NCBI GenBank assembly: GCA_965235115.1
Contig: OZ249440.1
Coordinates: 34,536,001 to 34,600,000, forward strand
DNA: 64,000 nt
Reading direction: 5' to 3'
Source: Laetmonice hystrix
Lineage: Eukaryota
Shown here: positions 46,582 to 58,123 of the stretch, in pieces
Layout: each line of letters starts with the position of its first letter
Numbering within the stretch: the stretch's first letter is position 1
The notes under the pieces: model-generated
What the model was told of the DNA's origin: nothing
What the model saw: only the letters and a program-made list of their open reading frames with translations
Database searches by the model: none
Translations under genes and position numbers: made by a program

Positions 46582-48750
46582 TGGTAAAGCAACTGAAAAT
46601 ACAGTATATAAACCCCATGGTATTGAAGGTATTGGGCTTTGACGAGGTATGTGCCGGGCCGCCTGGCGGCCCCTTTGGCACACACCTCGACAGGAGTCGA
46701 GCATCAATGCATACTGGGACAGGTTCGAAACTTCATTGTAATAAAGATATTTGTGTGGTGTGGGTCGTGGCCTCAATGCAGGACCCGCATAAAGGTGGTG
46801 GCGAATAGGAATGGTTGCCTTCAAACCAATGTCTGACAGTATGCATGTCATGTAATTGCAGATGGTCTCCGTGAACGTGGACAACTTTGACTACAGAATT
46901 ATTCATTTGCACGAAGCATAGGTAGTTATAATAAATGCTGCAGTGTGTCTCTGTGTTACAAGAGGATAAAGCGTACCTGTACATACTTCATTGTTATTGC
47001 GTAGAAAAGTCTAACGCGTGTAACGATGGATCACGGTATAAGTTGCCTATCTGTTTCGGCAGGCAGGCTTCAGGTTTGCAAATACAGAATGTACTTCCAT
47101 GGTGGAGGCTTCTGTTCCAAATGCAACCCTTGCTCTGTACTTGAAGATGGAATAAGAAATTGTTGGAAGAAGATTTGCCATGTTTTGCGATCTCTTTCAC
47201 CCCCTTCCTGTAGAGGCTGTAGACATGTAATTTTGACGTGTGTACGTGTGTGACGATTTACACGTACTGGTATACATGTACTTTAACGTGCAAGCATCAC
47301 AAGTCGATTATATAGAGAATGTCCATGTATATTTATCGGTAATAATGGCCATCTTGAACATGACATATGCAAATGAAAGGGAAGCCCGTTCTTTAGAGGA
47401 CCGTCACTTTAAGAGCAAGGTGTGGTTAACAAGTGACGCCATGCATATGCCTTCTTCACCGGCACATCAGGCACAGAAACCGGGCCTTGACATGTGTAAT
47501 TTACAGAATGTACTTCCATCGTGGAGGCTTACGATCCAAATGCAACCCTTGCTGTGTACTTGAAGATGCAATAAAAAATTGTTTGAAAAAAATGTTCCAT
47601 GGTTTGCGATCTATTTCACCCACTTCCTGTAGAGTCTCTAGACATGTAATATGGACGTGTGGACCCCTGAGGTGCAAATTACACCAGCCCCTTCTTTACA
47701 GGACCGTAACTTTTAGATAAAGGTGTCCTTAACAAGTGTAGTCGCTAAGTGACCCCATGCATGTCCCTTGTTCACCGGCCCATAAGGCACAGAAACTGGG
47801 CCTTCACAGCTCGATTCATGACCTTACACAAAAGCCCTGCAACTCCTTTGTCATTGGAGGTGTCACTGGCGCCAAGTGCTAAAGTGCAATGTCAATAGGC
47901 AAATAGGTAACTAATCCGCGGGCAAATGATATAAGAAATAAATGTTGTGGTATATGAAGTATTGGCCATGACGAGCTCTGTGTAAATCCAATAAAGGCTA
48001 TATTCAGCATGCAAAGCAGCTATAATAATAATGACAAGTGACTACAGGTGGCAGCACAATAACTGCAGCCGCTGCTCAGGAATACGTGACAATACACTCC
48101 CTCTGTCGGGCAGGCTGTGCACGAATAATTCTTGAAATGACCCACGGTAGTAGTGGCATATAGAAATAAAGATATGTTTGGATAGGAAAGAAGAGAGAGG
48201 TCATACAGAATAATGGTGTATATACACTGTGGCATTACCGATTCATAAAGTGTTCCCACATTAATCACACGCCATGAGTGTTAATGTATTGATATAAGGA
48301 ATAGTGGTTGTAATACCTACGGTAACATGATATTGTCTCCCGTAAAGGTAAAATGTCATTTATCTCATGTCATGGCCGTAATAAACATGAACCTGCATAC
48401 GAGGTGCGATGTGAAATTAGAAGGGAGGGCCGTTCCTACGAGGTCGGTAACTTCAATAAAGAGATGTCCTTAAGAAGTCTACTCGCTAAGTCACGCCAAG
48501 GACATCCCTTCTTCACTGGCCCATCAGGCAAAGAAACCTGGCCTTCACATCTCAACTTGTCAACTTACACAAAGGCCTGTTACCTCCTTTGAGTGTGGAG
48601 GTGTGACTGGCGTCAGGTGCCAAGGTGTGGGTTCCTAGTGGTCAGTGTATGGGTATATAAGATGGAGTGACCAAGGTGGACCAACCACACCTTCACCAGC
48701 AACAACAGCAAGCACTACTGAACCCCTTCACAAGCACTGCAGCAAGCATC

Positions 48751-49419
48751 ATGACTATGACGAAAGTTGTCATCTTTGGCCACTCCATGGTGCGCCGCCT
48801 CCATCGGGACGTGCAGCAAGATGGCGGACCCAACTTTGGCCTTGACAACATCCACGTTGAATGGATACACCAAGGCGGGCTGAGGGTTCGAGACGTCACC
48901 ATGTGGCACGTCGACCGACTGGTGGCAGCCCGGCCAGATGTGGTGTACCTGGACCTGGGGACAAACGACCTTCATCCAGGAACGACGCCTGACCAAGTGC
49001 ACCAGCTAGTGACGGCGCTGATTGGCTGGGGGCGCACCATTGCTTCGAGATGCCGCTGCGAGGTAGTCGTCTCCCAAGTGTTACAGCGGGCCATGGCGCA
49101 CCCATCCACCAGGAGAAGATTGTCAGCAGAGGAGCTCCACCAGGTGAACCACATCATTGACGTCGTGAACAAGCGCCTGAGGGAGGTAGCGGCGACGGAG
49201 GAGAGCCTGTACTTCTGGGCGCACGGGTCCCTAAACCGACGAATCCAGGCGGGGAAGGTGACTGAGAAAAATGGACTCCACCTGAATAGAGATGGGAACC
49301 GGCGGCTTTCGCGGAGTGTCCGGGTTGCGGCAAGGACGTGGGCGAAGCGGTGTGAACAAGGGCGGGACGCGGCGAGAGCTGAGAGATTGTTGAGGGAGAC
49401 GTGGGCGGAATGTGTTTGA
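48751..49419 (+). CDS. SGNH/GDSL-type hydrolase (esterase)-like protein, 222 aa, single exon
   Basis: Block I VVIFGHS, block II GG, block III LGTND, block V NGLHLN. TATATAA at 48654-48660 and AATAAA at 49675-49680. Confidence 0.8.
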   Translation: MTMTKVVIFGHSMVRRLHRDVQQDGGPNFGLDNIHVEWIHQGGLRVRDVTMWHVDRLVAARPDVVYLDLGTNDLHPGTTPDQVHQLVTALIGWGRTIASRCRCEVVVSQVLQRAMAHPSTRRRLSAEELHQVNHIIDVVNKRLREVAATEESLYFWAHGSLNRRIQAGKVTEKNGLHLNRDGNRRLSRSVRVAARTWAKRCEQGRDAARAERLLRETWAECV

Positions 49420-50511
49420 GAGAGACAGTGAAATGAAAGTGACATTGCGAGATGATGTGTGTGTGTGTGTGGGGGGGGGGGTAGATGGGCGAAATGTATA
49501 GCTGAGAGACAATGAATGTAATGTGAGGTTGGGATATAGTGAGGTTGGGATATAGTGTGTGTGTGTGTGTGGGTTGGGGGGGAGGGAGTTTGTACAGTGT
49601 ATAGGGACAGGGAATATAGTGGAAGGGTAAGCATGGTGTATGTTTGGAGGAAAATCATTTGGAGCATGAAATGAAATAAATATGTCTGTTAGTACCGTTC
49701 ATGTTGTGGTGATGAAATACGTTCCCTCCTATACTGTGGCCCAGAAATGACCTGCCCGTCCGTACCTTACCACATTATCCACTGACGCCCTGTAAAATAG
49801 GTGGGAAGTGGGGTGGAGTGTTGGGGTTCCCTTATGACAGGCTACTTATGCGGGGTGCTATGTATATTAGACATTGCAAATATATTCATACGGATAATGC
49901 GGGGATAAATGGTGTCGTATTTTATTCCCGTATGTACAAGTATAATGGGCATGACATGGGCACAAAATCAGTACTGCCGAGATGGCACACCCCGTAATAC
50001 TGGAAGCATTACCCCGGTACAATAGACCGACGCCCGTTATTTAGCTGACTGTCGGTATGCCAAAGTGTCTAATTGAGTGGACTAAATTGGGGACCCTTTT
50101 CGTGGGGAAACATCGGTATAACAATAAAGAATGGGCCGCCTAGTGACCCAATGCGACCCTGCATGCTGGGACGACAACCACCAATGGCGAAGTGCATACA
50201 TGTATATTGGCAGAGCCTGATATATTATTACGTAGAACGTTAGGAGAATGGCGGCCAGTCAGGCTATTTGTGGCCCGGTAGACGCTAGGCTGGTACCCAC
50301 TTTCCCAAGCCAAATTCCCCACGTTAAAAGCATGGAGGCACGCCACATTGCTGTGGGCCTGGAACTAGCCTAGGTGGCACTTGCTAATTGTCGCTTATTT
50401 AAGGTACTTTTAATGAACTTAACGACACGAGGTTACGTTTTGCACACGGCCGTCTATCATTATCTGGCTTAGACCTGGCGGTCCGGAGACGGCATGGGGG
50501 CAGCCTTTGCG

Positions 50512-52071
50512 TCTAGAATGACCAATCCTACATCGAGTAAAAACAATTTCATGCCTACGTTTCGTTAGGCCGTGACGAAACCATTGGCTCACGACGGGAC
50601 TGACTGTTCCTAACGTAAGGCCAGAGGGTAGGTCTGAGATCAGAGGCTGGGATTGGACACAGTTCGACGTCTGTTTCAAGAGCCCTCTTGGCAGTTCTGT
50701 CAGCTGGCTCATTGCCCGGGATGCCAACATCACCAGGCACCCAACAAAAGTGAATATCAAAGTTTGCATTGGCAAGAACTGCCAACTTGGACAAGATTTG
50801 GACGATCACTGGGTGATCTGTGTTCAAGTTAGCGAGTGCTTGCAGACATGATAAGGAATCCGAGAAAATGAGGAAGTCCTTTTCATTAGAAAATATTTTG
50901 AAGGGCAAGAAGCAGGGCCCGGGCCTCTGCTGAGAAAATGAAACTTTGCCTTGAGATGCGGGTGCCGAAGTTGTGCTTGCCATGAACTGCTGCTGCAGAC
51001 ACATCATTGCCATCCTTTGAGCCATAGTATAGAAGGCATAATGTGAGGAATACTTTGCCTGGACGTCAAGAAAATGTTCGAAATATGTCGGGGATGTGTC
51101 TCTGACTCCTTCAGTTGAGCCAACTGAGTGAGTGAGTGAGTAGTGGTGGTTTTGCGCCGTGTCGGCATCTGGGGCCATCTTCACGGCGAAAACAGAGTTA
51201 TAAGACCATAAAACCAAAGGAACCTATTTTATCCCGGGTCCCAACGGGAACACCACCAAAACACATCCAGCTTCCAGACGAGGCGATCATTAATCATTCT
51301 CTCCATGGTTTTACACAAGCAACTTGTTAGGGCTATTGGTCTGTAATTGTTAGCTTCACTATGGTCTTTTCCTGGTTTTGGGATGGGAATGATTATTGCT
51401 TCTTGCCAGGAAAGTGGAATATTACCAGTTGTCCAAATATTGTTGAAAATGTGGGGAAGGATGAGAAGTGTGGTGTCGGGTAAATGTTTTAGGAATTGGT
51501 AATGTATTTTATCAGGTCCAACTGCAGTGTCGTGTGATTTTTTAAGAGAGCATCTTAGTGAGTGAGTGAGTAGTGGTGGTTTTGCGCCGTGTCGGCATCC
51601 GGGGCCATCTTCACGGCGAAAACAGAGTTATAAGACCATAAAACTAAAGGAACCTATTCTATCCCGGGTCCCAACGGGAACACCACCAAAACACATCTAT
51701 AAAAGAGTCAGAAGTCCAGCCTCTGACAAGAATTCTAAAATCACTCCTGGTCTGATATTGCTAAAAAGATCCCTAAGACTCGTCTTATTATAAAACCTTT
51801 GTCTGATGAGAGCAAAATCACCACATTCGAGTAAAAGATGCTTCAGTGTCAAAGGACACTGACAGCCATAGCATTCTGGAGGTGGCTCCCCCTTCAATAA
51901 AAACACATGAGTTAATCTAGAATGACTAACTCTGCATCGAGTAAAAACAATTTCATGCCTCCGTTGGGTTAGGCCATGATGATACCTTTGGTTTACGATG
52001 GGACTGATCTGATACAACTTATTGTTTGGTTGTTCATCCCATTCGGCCTGCCATTTGTTTTTAACATAAGC
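50512..52071 (-). mobile_element. Mosaic of four co-oriented Nimb-like LINE pieces (50512-51126, 51127-51267, 51268-51558, 51559-52071)
   Basis: Two (GAGT)n tails are embedded in collinear fragments of an older copy. Confidence 0.9.
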
Positions 52072-52344
52072 CATAAGACATAAGACCGACTGTGCACACC
52101 CGTATTTCTATGCATGACACAATTCTCAGCCGGTAATTAATTAATTAATTAAGCGGTAATTAATTTTGTCATTTCAAATATCCCCGCCTCGGTCAACAGT
52201 GGTTTTAAACGAATTTCAACACATATTCAAGGCCTCATAACTCGAAAAACTATTTGGGAATTGTAGGAGAACATAAAATCGGCTCCTAAATTCGGGTTGG
52301 AAAATACCCAGGCCTATGAAAGGTATTAGCTTCTCCTAGGTCAT

Positions 52345-52720
52345 TAATTAATCACTTTTCATTGCAGACTGCAACGGCCTATGTACCTGCCTGTGTGCCG
52401 ATGTATTTACACCGCGGGGCGCGGCAGACCGAGGCACAGCACGGGGCGGGGTAGCTGGCAGAGAAAATCGCCAGACATATAAATAATAGCCAATTAGACC
52501 TAACATGGACCGATTGATTTGTTCCTTTTATCATTCTGCGTCTCTTCTTAAATTTCATAGCGAAATATTCAGCAATTTGGAAGATATCAGCCTTTTCCCC
52601 ACGTCACCATTAAGCTATACAAGTATCGGTGTGCGGGGAATGACACCGTCTGTTGGCGGGTGAGCGGCAAAATCATTGCCAAATTACTGGTGCAAAAATT
52701 AGGTGCTCTAGAAGTTTCAT
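52345..52720. repeat. Diverged repeat, second copy at ~59425-59775
   Basis: Shared blocks ATCACTTTTCA.TGCAGACT.CAACGGCC and GACACCGTCTG.TGGCGGGTGAGCGG. Confidence 0.7.
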
Positions 52721-53839
52721 GTAATCAAAGAATATATTTATTTTACAATACTAATTGCCTTATATGCAAAACAAAATAACACAGCCAAACAGTCCCCTTG
52801 GGGGCGCTGCACAAACAAAAATATACACGTGAAAATTAAAGAGCCTCAAAATGACAGACATGCCCAAGAAAACGCCCAGAACAGACGACCCATGCTGCCA
52901 CCTGGTGGTGGCTGTTGGCATCTCAAGAAACCTAAAGGGGACATACTTGCACGGAATAGATGGTAATGTCGTGCGTGCGAATGTTTCGCTGATTCTGCAA
53001 ACATTACAGGAAAAAATTATTCCTTATTCATTTCATCATTTTGCCGTGATCCGTCAGGTGAATCGGGAGAATACCCCGCACTTTGGAAGATCTCTGTGTT
53101 TCCCCACGTCACGAGTGTCCTTATTGGTATAACCTCATACATATTTCAATGTAAGCTACACCTAATGCCCCACACTTGAAAGTGGACTGTTTGTCACGTC
53201 CTACTGACCGACCATCGGGCCACACATATGGCAAAGTTTCTGCAGTGTCTGCAGTCCCCCAGCGCCATGGAAGTTCCCGTCTAATACGCCAGGTGACGGG
53301 TCGTCCATTGGACCCTATAGTAAACTCGAAAACCACTGATATTTTCCGGAGACGTCCCAACGGGAATTGGCGCAGGACGTGGCTAATCATCTCCTGTTGT
53401 GTGTGTGTGTGTGGTGGTGGGAAAAAACGCGACTCCATGCATAGTTCGATTGGCCTTTATTTGTCCTACCGCTGTCCAACCCTACAATTTAATGAAATGA
53501 CGAAACTGCAGTTTATACTAAGACAATCTAGGAGTATTCAAGCTTCGAACTGCATACAGTACTATCGTTCCCCTGCAAATTCTGTATCCACAATATACCT
53601 GTGTACTGAAGACACAGGACATTTTCTTGCATAATTGTTTAGTGGTGGGGTGCTTGTCACCTCAAGACGGATCATTGCCGGCACTCGTGGTCAACTCTCC
53701 CTAACCCAACACTCTGTGCTCTCTATTGTTAACCAAATTCTCTGTCGTCACACTATTTCCGGCTATTCCCTGCACTCCACTTCTCACCGGTCAGTTCCAC
53801 ACCAACCTTCGACCAGACCACAACTTTTACCACTGCATT

Positions 53840-55138
53840 ATGGCACCACCAAAAACTCGTACCCGAGCCTGCACGAAGTCTAAAAAGAAGAAAAATCGTA
53901 ACGCCCACCGTGAAGAAGGTAACATTTCTCAGCAGAGTGACACATTGGCCAATAGTGTCGAAGCCGACTGCCTGCACACTTCGAGCTCGAACTTGCAGGG
54001 TCGCACGCCCCAGACGTCCACGGTCAACCGACTGCAAGACATCGAACGCGAGATGGACGGCGTCAAAAACCAAGTATCTGATATGAGCAATAAACTAGAC
54101 CTGTTGCTCAGTGCCACGTTGAGTCAGGACGGTCCGGCAGCACGTAGCACTCCACCACGCCGCCCACAGTCACCAGGTACTACGCTTCACCGGTCACTCA
54201 ACGCTACAGGTACAGACCCCGGCCCACAAGACATGTCGCCAGCCCGCCAAGTTGAGCAGGCACCCACAGCCCGTCACAGGCGGCACAGTGCCGCACGGCA
54301 TGACGAACATGCCGCCCTCCCCCCGCCACGCACCCTGAGGGCGGAGGCGAACAGAGATGGTTACGTCGACGGACAACTAGCCCGGGAAGAAATGCGCCCT
54401 CTATATACGGACGGTAAGGCATCAATTGCCTCTGACATTTTTGTAACTAAGATGATTGCAAAGCCGTATATGTATGTCGATAGGGACGGTTTACAAACTC
54501 TCAAACAAAAGCTTGATGTTAGGGGAAGCTTGACCATACTCGAATATACCAATGCAATGTTGGCCCTTCTAGGAGACTCCCGCGCGTTTGATAGTGCAGA
54601 AATTAATTATATCATCCAACACATATATGAAGTGACTTTAGATGCCATGTCTCGTCCTTGGCCAGGGGTGCGTAAATGGAGTCAGCATGTCTGGGACTGT
54701 GTTGAGAACAAAAAATGTACGTGGCGCGACCACACTTTTATTCAAAATGAGCGCGTGCGTCTGGCTATGACGGGCGGCACTCTGAGCAGCATGCATTCTG
54801 ACGATGCAGACGACAAGCGACCGATGGACGCCCACAACAAGGTCGACGAGGTGGTGTGCCGGGACTTCAATAGCCCAGCTGGTTGCAGATACAACACCAC
54901 TCACGAACGAGGAAACATCCGGTACGCGCACCTCTGCTCGTATTGCGACGCATGCGCACGTCGCTGCAATCATTCTTTCCAAGTCTGCCGTCGCAAATTG
55001 CACAATGGCACCCAACCCACTCCTAGACAGGTGGCCACCGCCCCCATTCACTATCACAACGACGATTGGCCTCGTTCACATAGCAACAGAATGGACCAAG
55101 CATCAAAAAACGGGCGCGAGGCGTACCGTCCGATTTAG
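53840..55138 (+). CDS. Ngaro Gag-like ORF1 with a C-terminal Cys/His zinc finger
   Basis: CRDFNSPAGC...HLCSYC......HSFQVC; lies just after repeat A. Confidence 0.85.
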   Translation: MAPPKTRTRACTKSKKKKNRNAHREEGNISQQSDTLANSVEADCLHTSSSNLQGRTPQTSTVNRLQDIEREMDGVKNQVSDMSNKLDLLLSATLSQDGPAARSTPPRRPQSPGTTLHRSLNATGTDPGPQDMSPARQVEQAPTARHRRHSAARHDEHAALPPPRTLRAEANRDGYVDGQLAREEMRPLYTDGKASIASDIFVTKMIAKPYMYVDRDGLQTLKQKLDVRGSLTILEYTNAMLALLGDSRAFDSAEINYIIQHIYEVTLDAMSRPWPGVRKWSQHVWDCVENKKCTWRDHTFIQNERVRLAMTGGTLSSMHSDDADDKRPMDAHNKVDEVVCRDFNSPAGCRYNTTHERGNIRYAHLCSYCDACARRCNHSFQVCRRKLHNGTQPTPRQVATAPIHYHNDDWPRSHSNRMDQASKNGREAYRPI

Positions 55139-55185
55139 TCTGCTCCGGTACGCCAGTCAGTCACGATAAGCAAGGATCCAAGCTG

Positions 55186-57903
55186 GTGCAGTCGATCGCC
55201 AATACATGTCCCGACACTCAGCATTGCGGTATCACGTCCCATGCCCGCGTACCCGGCCACACTGAACGTGTTCGTGTCTCACAGGCGCGACCGACGGTTC
55301 CTGACACCAGTACAAAGTTCAAATCGCCTACTGCACACGACCAAACCTCTTATTTTAAAACTCGTGTACCTGATTTTGAAGCCATAAAGAACATGTGCGA
55401 AGCTGTCGAATTTAATCACACCTTAGACCTTACACCATATGTGTTCAAGGCGCACCGTATTAAAAATTGGCCAACCATGTTAGGGAGTGCAGATGGTCAG
55501 CTACTTAGAGTGTACGATGCTGTTAAGGCCTCGGGTTTGCCTAACGCCCTTGGTGCTCGGGTGGAATTACAGACTGATTTAAATGTAAATGCTTGGGTGA
55601 AATATCAGAGTGATAGTGAAGACGATAAACAACTGTTAGACTTTATTCGCTTTGGGTTCCCCTTGGGTTATATGGGGCCCATTAGTGATACACATGACGT
55701 TGATAACCACTCCAGCGCTACGCAATATACGGATCACATTGACAAGTTTATCGAGAAAGAACTACGCCTAGGTGGAATCATTGGTCCCTTTCCACGTCCA
55801 CCTTTCGAACCATGGTGCCATGTCTCCCCCTTAATGTCTCGCGAAAAGAGGGGCTCCCAGGATAGGCGTGTCATCAGTGATATGACCTTCCCTATGGAGA
55901 ACTCTGTCAATGCCTATATTTTTAAAAACACTGTGTTTGGTCATGTAAGAGATCATACTCTCCCTACTATCGATGATTTGGTTGAGGAACTTATTCGCGT
56001 TGGCCCTGGTGCATTTCTTTCCACTTGTGACGTCAGTCGCGCATATAAAAACTTCAAATCTGACCCACTTGACTGGCCACTCCAAGTCATAAGGTGGGAT
56101 AATAAGTATTATTGTGACGTGTCCATGCCTTTTGGAGCCCGCGCAAGTTCATGTCACATGCAAAGGGTGGCTAACTACATCGTTAGTATTTTAACGAATA
56201 AGGGCGTGTGCGGAAAAATGTATCTGGATGACCTAATTAATATTTCCGGAAGTAGGCCTCAGGCTGACAAAGACTTTAAGTGTACCCGGAACCTACTGCG
56301 TGAATTGGGCCTACCGGAAGCGTTGGAGAAAGCTCAGCCGCCTTCACAGCAACTAACTTGGCTAGGTGTACATATCGATACGGTGAATATGACGCTTTCT
56401 GTACCACAGGATCGGCTCTCAGAAGTCATCGCACAGGTGAAGCTTTGTTTGAAAAAGCGTTCCATGACTAAAAGGCAGCTTAGAAGTCTAATTGGTAAGC
56501 TTCTACATATAGCTAAGTGTATTAAACCAGCGCGACTGTTTGTGTCCAAGTTGCTCGATGCTCTACGAAATATGTCGGGAAATTATATTAACATTACTGC
56601 TCATATGCGTGACGACCTCAGGTGGTTCTACGAGTTTGCTGCGCAGTGGAACGGTATCTCCTACATCACCGCACGGCGCCCCAACAGGGTTATTCATGTA
56701 GATGCGAGTCTTTCAGGTATAGGCGCCACCGACGGACACTATGCGTATAGCGGCCAAGTGTGCCCAGCTGATGATGGGGCCGCAAATATTACCGAACTAG
56801 AAGCCGCGAATGTAGTTATTGCACTTCATACTTTTGTAACTCCTGCTGACAGGGGCGCCCACATTAAAGTTTATTGTGACAATTTGGCAACTGTTCAGGT
56901 ATTACGCTCTGGGCGCGGCAGGAATAAGGTTCTGCTGGAGTGCGCGAGGGCGGTCTGGATGCACCAGGCCATATGTAACGTGGACATCTCCTATGACCAT
57001 GTACCTGGAGCTGATAACTCGACGGCCGACGTCCTTAGCAGGGCCCATCTCTCAAAACACTATAATGATAAAGCCGCTGAATACATTTCGTCTAGCGACG
57101 TTAAGTTAGTAATGCCATATGATTATGTGTTGGACATGCTCAAGCCATCGTTACATTCCAGATCCGGCATTCCGATCACTGCTCGAGCAAGCCAAGCAAC
57201 GGCAACAGGCAGCAAGGGCGCCGGGCACAAACAGGAACCACCTCTCAGTCGCAGGAACATACATAGCGTTCTGCCGACACTTGCGCATCAACCCACGACG
57301 GCCGATGCACCAACACATATGCGCATATCTGGAGTATATCGCCGGTTACGCCCCAGCAGCCGCGACCGTCAGGAACCACGCATCTCATATCCGGACATTC
57401 CTGCGTCTAACAGAATCCCCGCTCACGCCAGTCGACCACCCACGTGTCAAACGCGCGTTAGATGCGATGGACAGAACAAAGCAGCATGTCCCTCGGGTCA
57501 AGCTCCCGATAAACATAGACGTACTCCGCCGGGCCATACGGGCTATACCCAGTACTCCAGTCGGGACGGTGGTCAGAGCAGCGATACTCTTAATGTTTTA
57601 TGGGGCGTTTCGCCAAAGCGAAATCGCTCCGCCTACAGTACGCAAGTGGAAAAGCAGTGCTTGTCTTACGAGGGGCGACATTCGCTTGGGCAGAACTTCC
57701 CTGGACATCGTCCTCCGCCATGGGAAAAACTTGCAGAAGAATGGACAGACAAGGCAGGTTACACTAGCAGCGGCATCTATAGCGACTTTCTGCCCTGTCA
57801 AAGTACTCTCTCAAGTAATAGCGGACACCCCTACTCGGTGCCCCGACGAACCACTGCTCATGTTCCCAGAATCCCGTTCCCCAATGCCCACATCTTATGT
57901 TAA
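55186..57903 (+). CDS. Ngaro RT-RNase H
   Basis: GFPLGY, RRVISDMTFP, DVSRAYK, MPFG, YLDD, WLG; RNase H VDAS, ELEA, CDN, NSTADVLSR. The true start is uncertain. Confidence 0.93.
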   Translation: MQSIANTCPDTQHCGITSHARVPGHTERVRVSQARPTVPDTSTKFKSPTAHDQTSYFKTRVPDFEAIKNMCEAVEFNHTLDLTPYVFKAHRIKNWPTMLGSADGQLLRVYDAVKASGLPNALGARVELQTDLNVNAWVKYQSDSEDDKQLLDFIRFGFPLGYMGPISDTHDVDNHSSATQYTDHIDKFIEKELRLGGIIGPFPRPPFEPWCHVSPLMSREKRGSQDRRVISDMTFPMENSVNAYIFKNTVFGHVRDHTLPTIDDLVEELIRVGPGAFLSTCDVSRAYKNFKSDPLDWPLQVIRWDNKYYCDVSMPFGARASSCHMQRVANYIVSILTNKGVCGKMYLDDLINISGSRPQADKDFKCTRNLLRELGLPEALEKAQPPSQQLTWLGVHIDTVNMTLSVPQDRLSEVIAQVKLCLKKRSMTKRQLRSLIGKLLHIAKCIKPARLFVSKLLDALRNMSGNYINITAHMRDDLRWFYEFAAQWNGISYITARRPNRVIHVDASLSGIGATDGHYAYSGQVCPADDGAANITELEAANVVIALHTFVTPADRGAHIKVYCDNLATVQVLRSGRGRNKVLLECARAVWMHQAICNVDISYDHVPGADNSTADVLSRAHLSKHYNDKAAEYISSSDVKLVMPYDYVLDMLKPSLHSRSGIPITARASQATATGSKGAGHKQEPPLSRRNIHSVLPTLAHQPTTADAPTHMRISGVYRRLRPSSRDRQEPRISYPDIPASNRIPAHASRPPTCQTRVRCDGQNKAACPSGQAPDKHRRTPPGHTGYTQYSSRDGGQSSDTLNVLWGVSPKRNRSAYSTQVEKQCLSYEGRHSLGQNFPGHRPPPWEKLAEEWTDKAGYTSSGIYSDFLPCQSTLSSNSGHPYSVPRRTTAHVPRIPFPNAHILC

Positions 57904-58123
57904 AAAAGTGTGGACGTCCGCGCTTCAGGCAGTTGGCGCCGATGCAACAGCATTAAGCCTACATAGTCTACGGAAGACGGCTGCTACACAAGCCTTGTTA
58001 GGTGGATGTCAAGAAGTGGAAATTCAGCGGTTTGGCGGATGGCGTTCTGCGGCTCACCGCGCATATATAAGGACAAGTAGTGCACGCGTAAACCAGACTC
58101 TTATCAGATCGATTAGTCATTGA
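57119..58123 (+). CDS. Tyrosine recombinase
   Basis: FYGAFRQSE, HSLRKTAA and GGWRSAAHRAY give the catalytic R-HxxR-W-Y set; overlaps the RT ORF in another frame. Confidence 0.93.
   Translation: MIMCWTCSSHRYIPDPAFRSLLEQAKQRQQAARAPGTNRNHLSVAGTYIAFCRHLRINPRRPMHQHICAYLEYIAGYAPAAATVRNHASHIRTFLRLTESPLTPVDHPRVKRALDAMDRTKQHVPRVKLPINIDVLRRAIRAIPSTPVGTVVRAAILLMFYGAFRQSEIAPPTVRKWKSSACLTRGDIRLGRTSLDIVLRHGKNLQKNGQTRQVTLAAASIATFCPVKVLSQVIADTPTRCPDEPLLMFPESRSPMPTSYVKKVWTSALQAVGADATALSLHSLRKTAATQALLGGCQEVEIQRFGGWRSAAHRAYIRTSSARVNQTLIRSISH

Noticed and set aside
48751..49419. SGNH ORF as part of the Ngaro element
   Set aside because: It lies more than 4 kb outside repeat A1 and is separated from it by LINE fragments.
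55186..58123. Novel RT plus recombinase system (retron/DGR-like)
   Set aside because: Fully explained by the known Ngaro/DIRS architecture.
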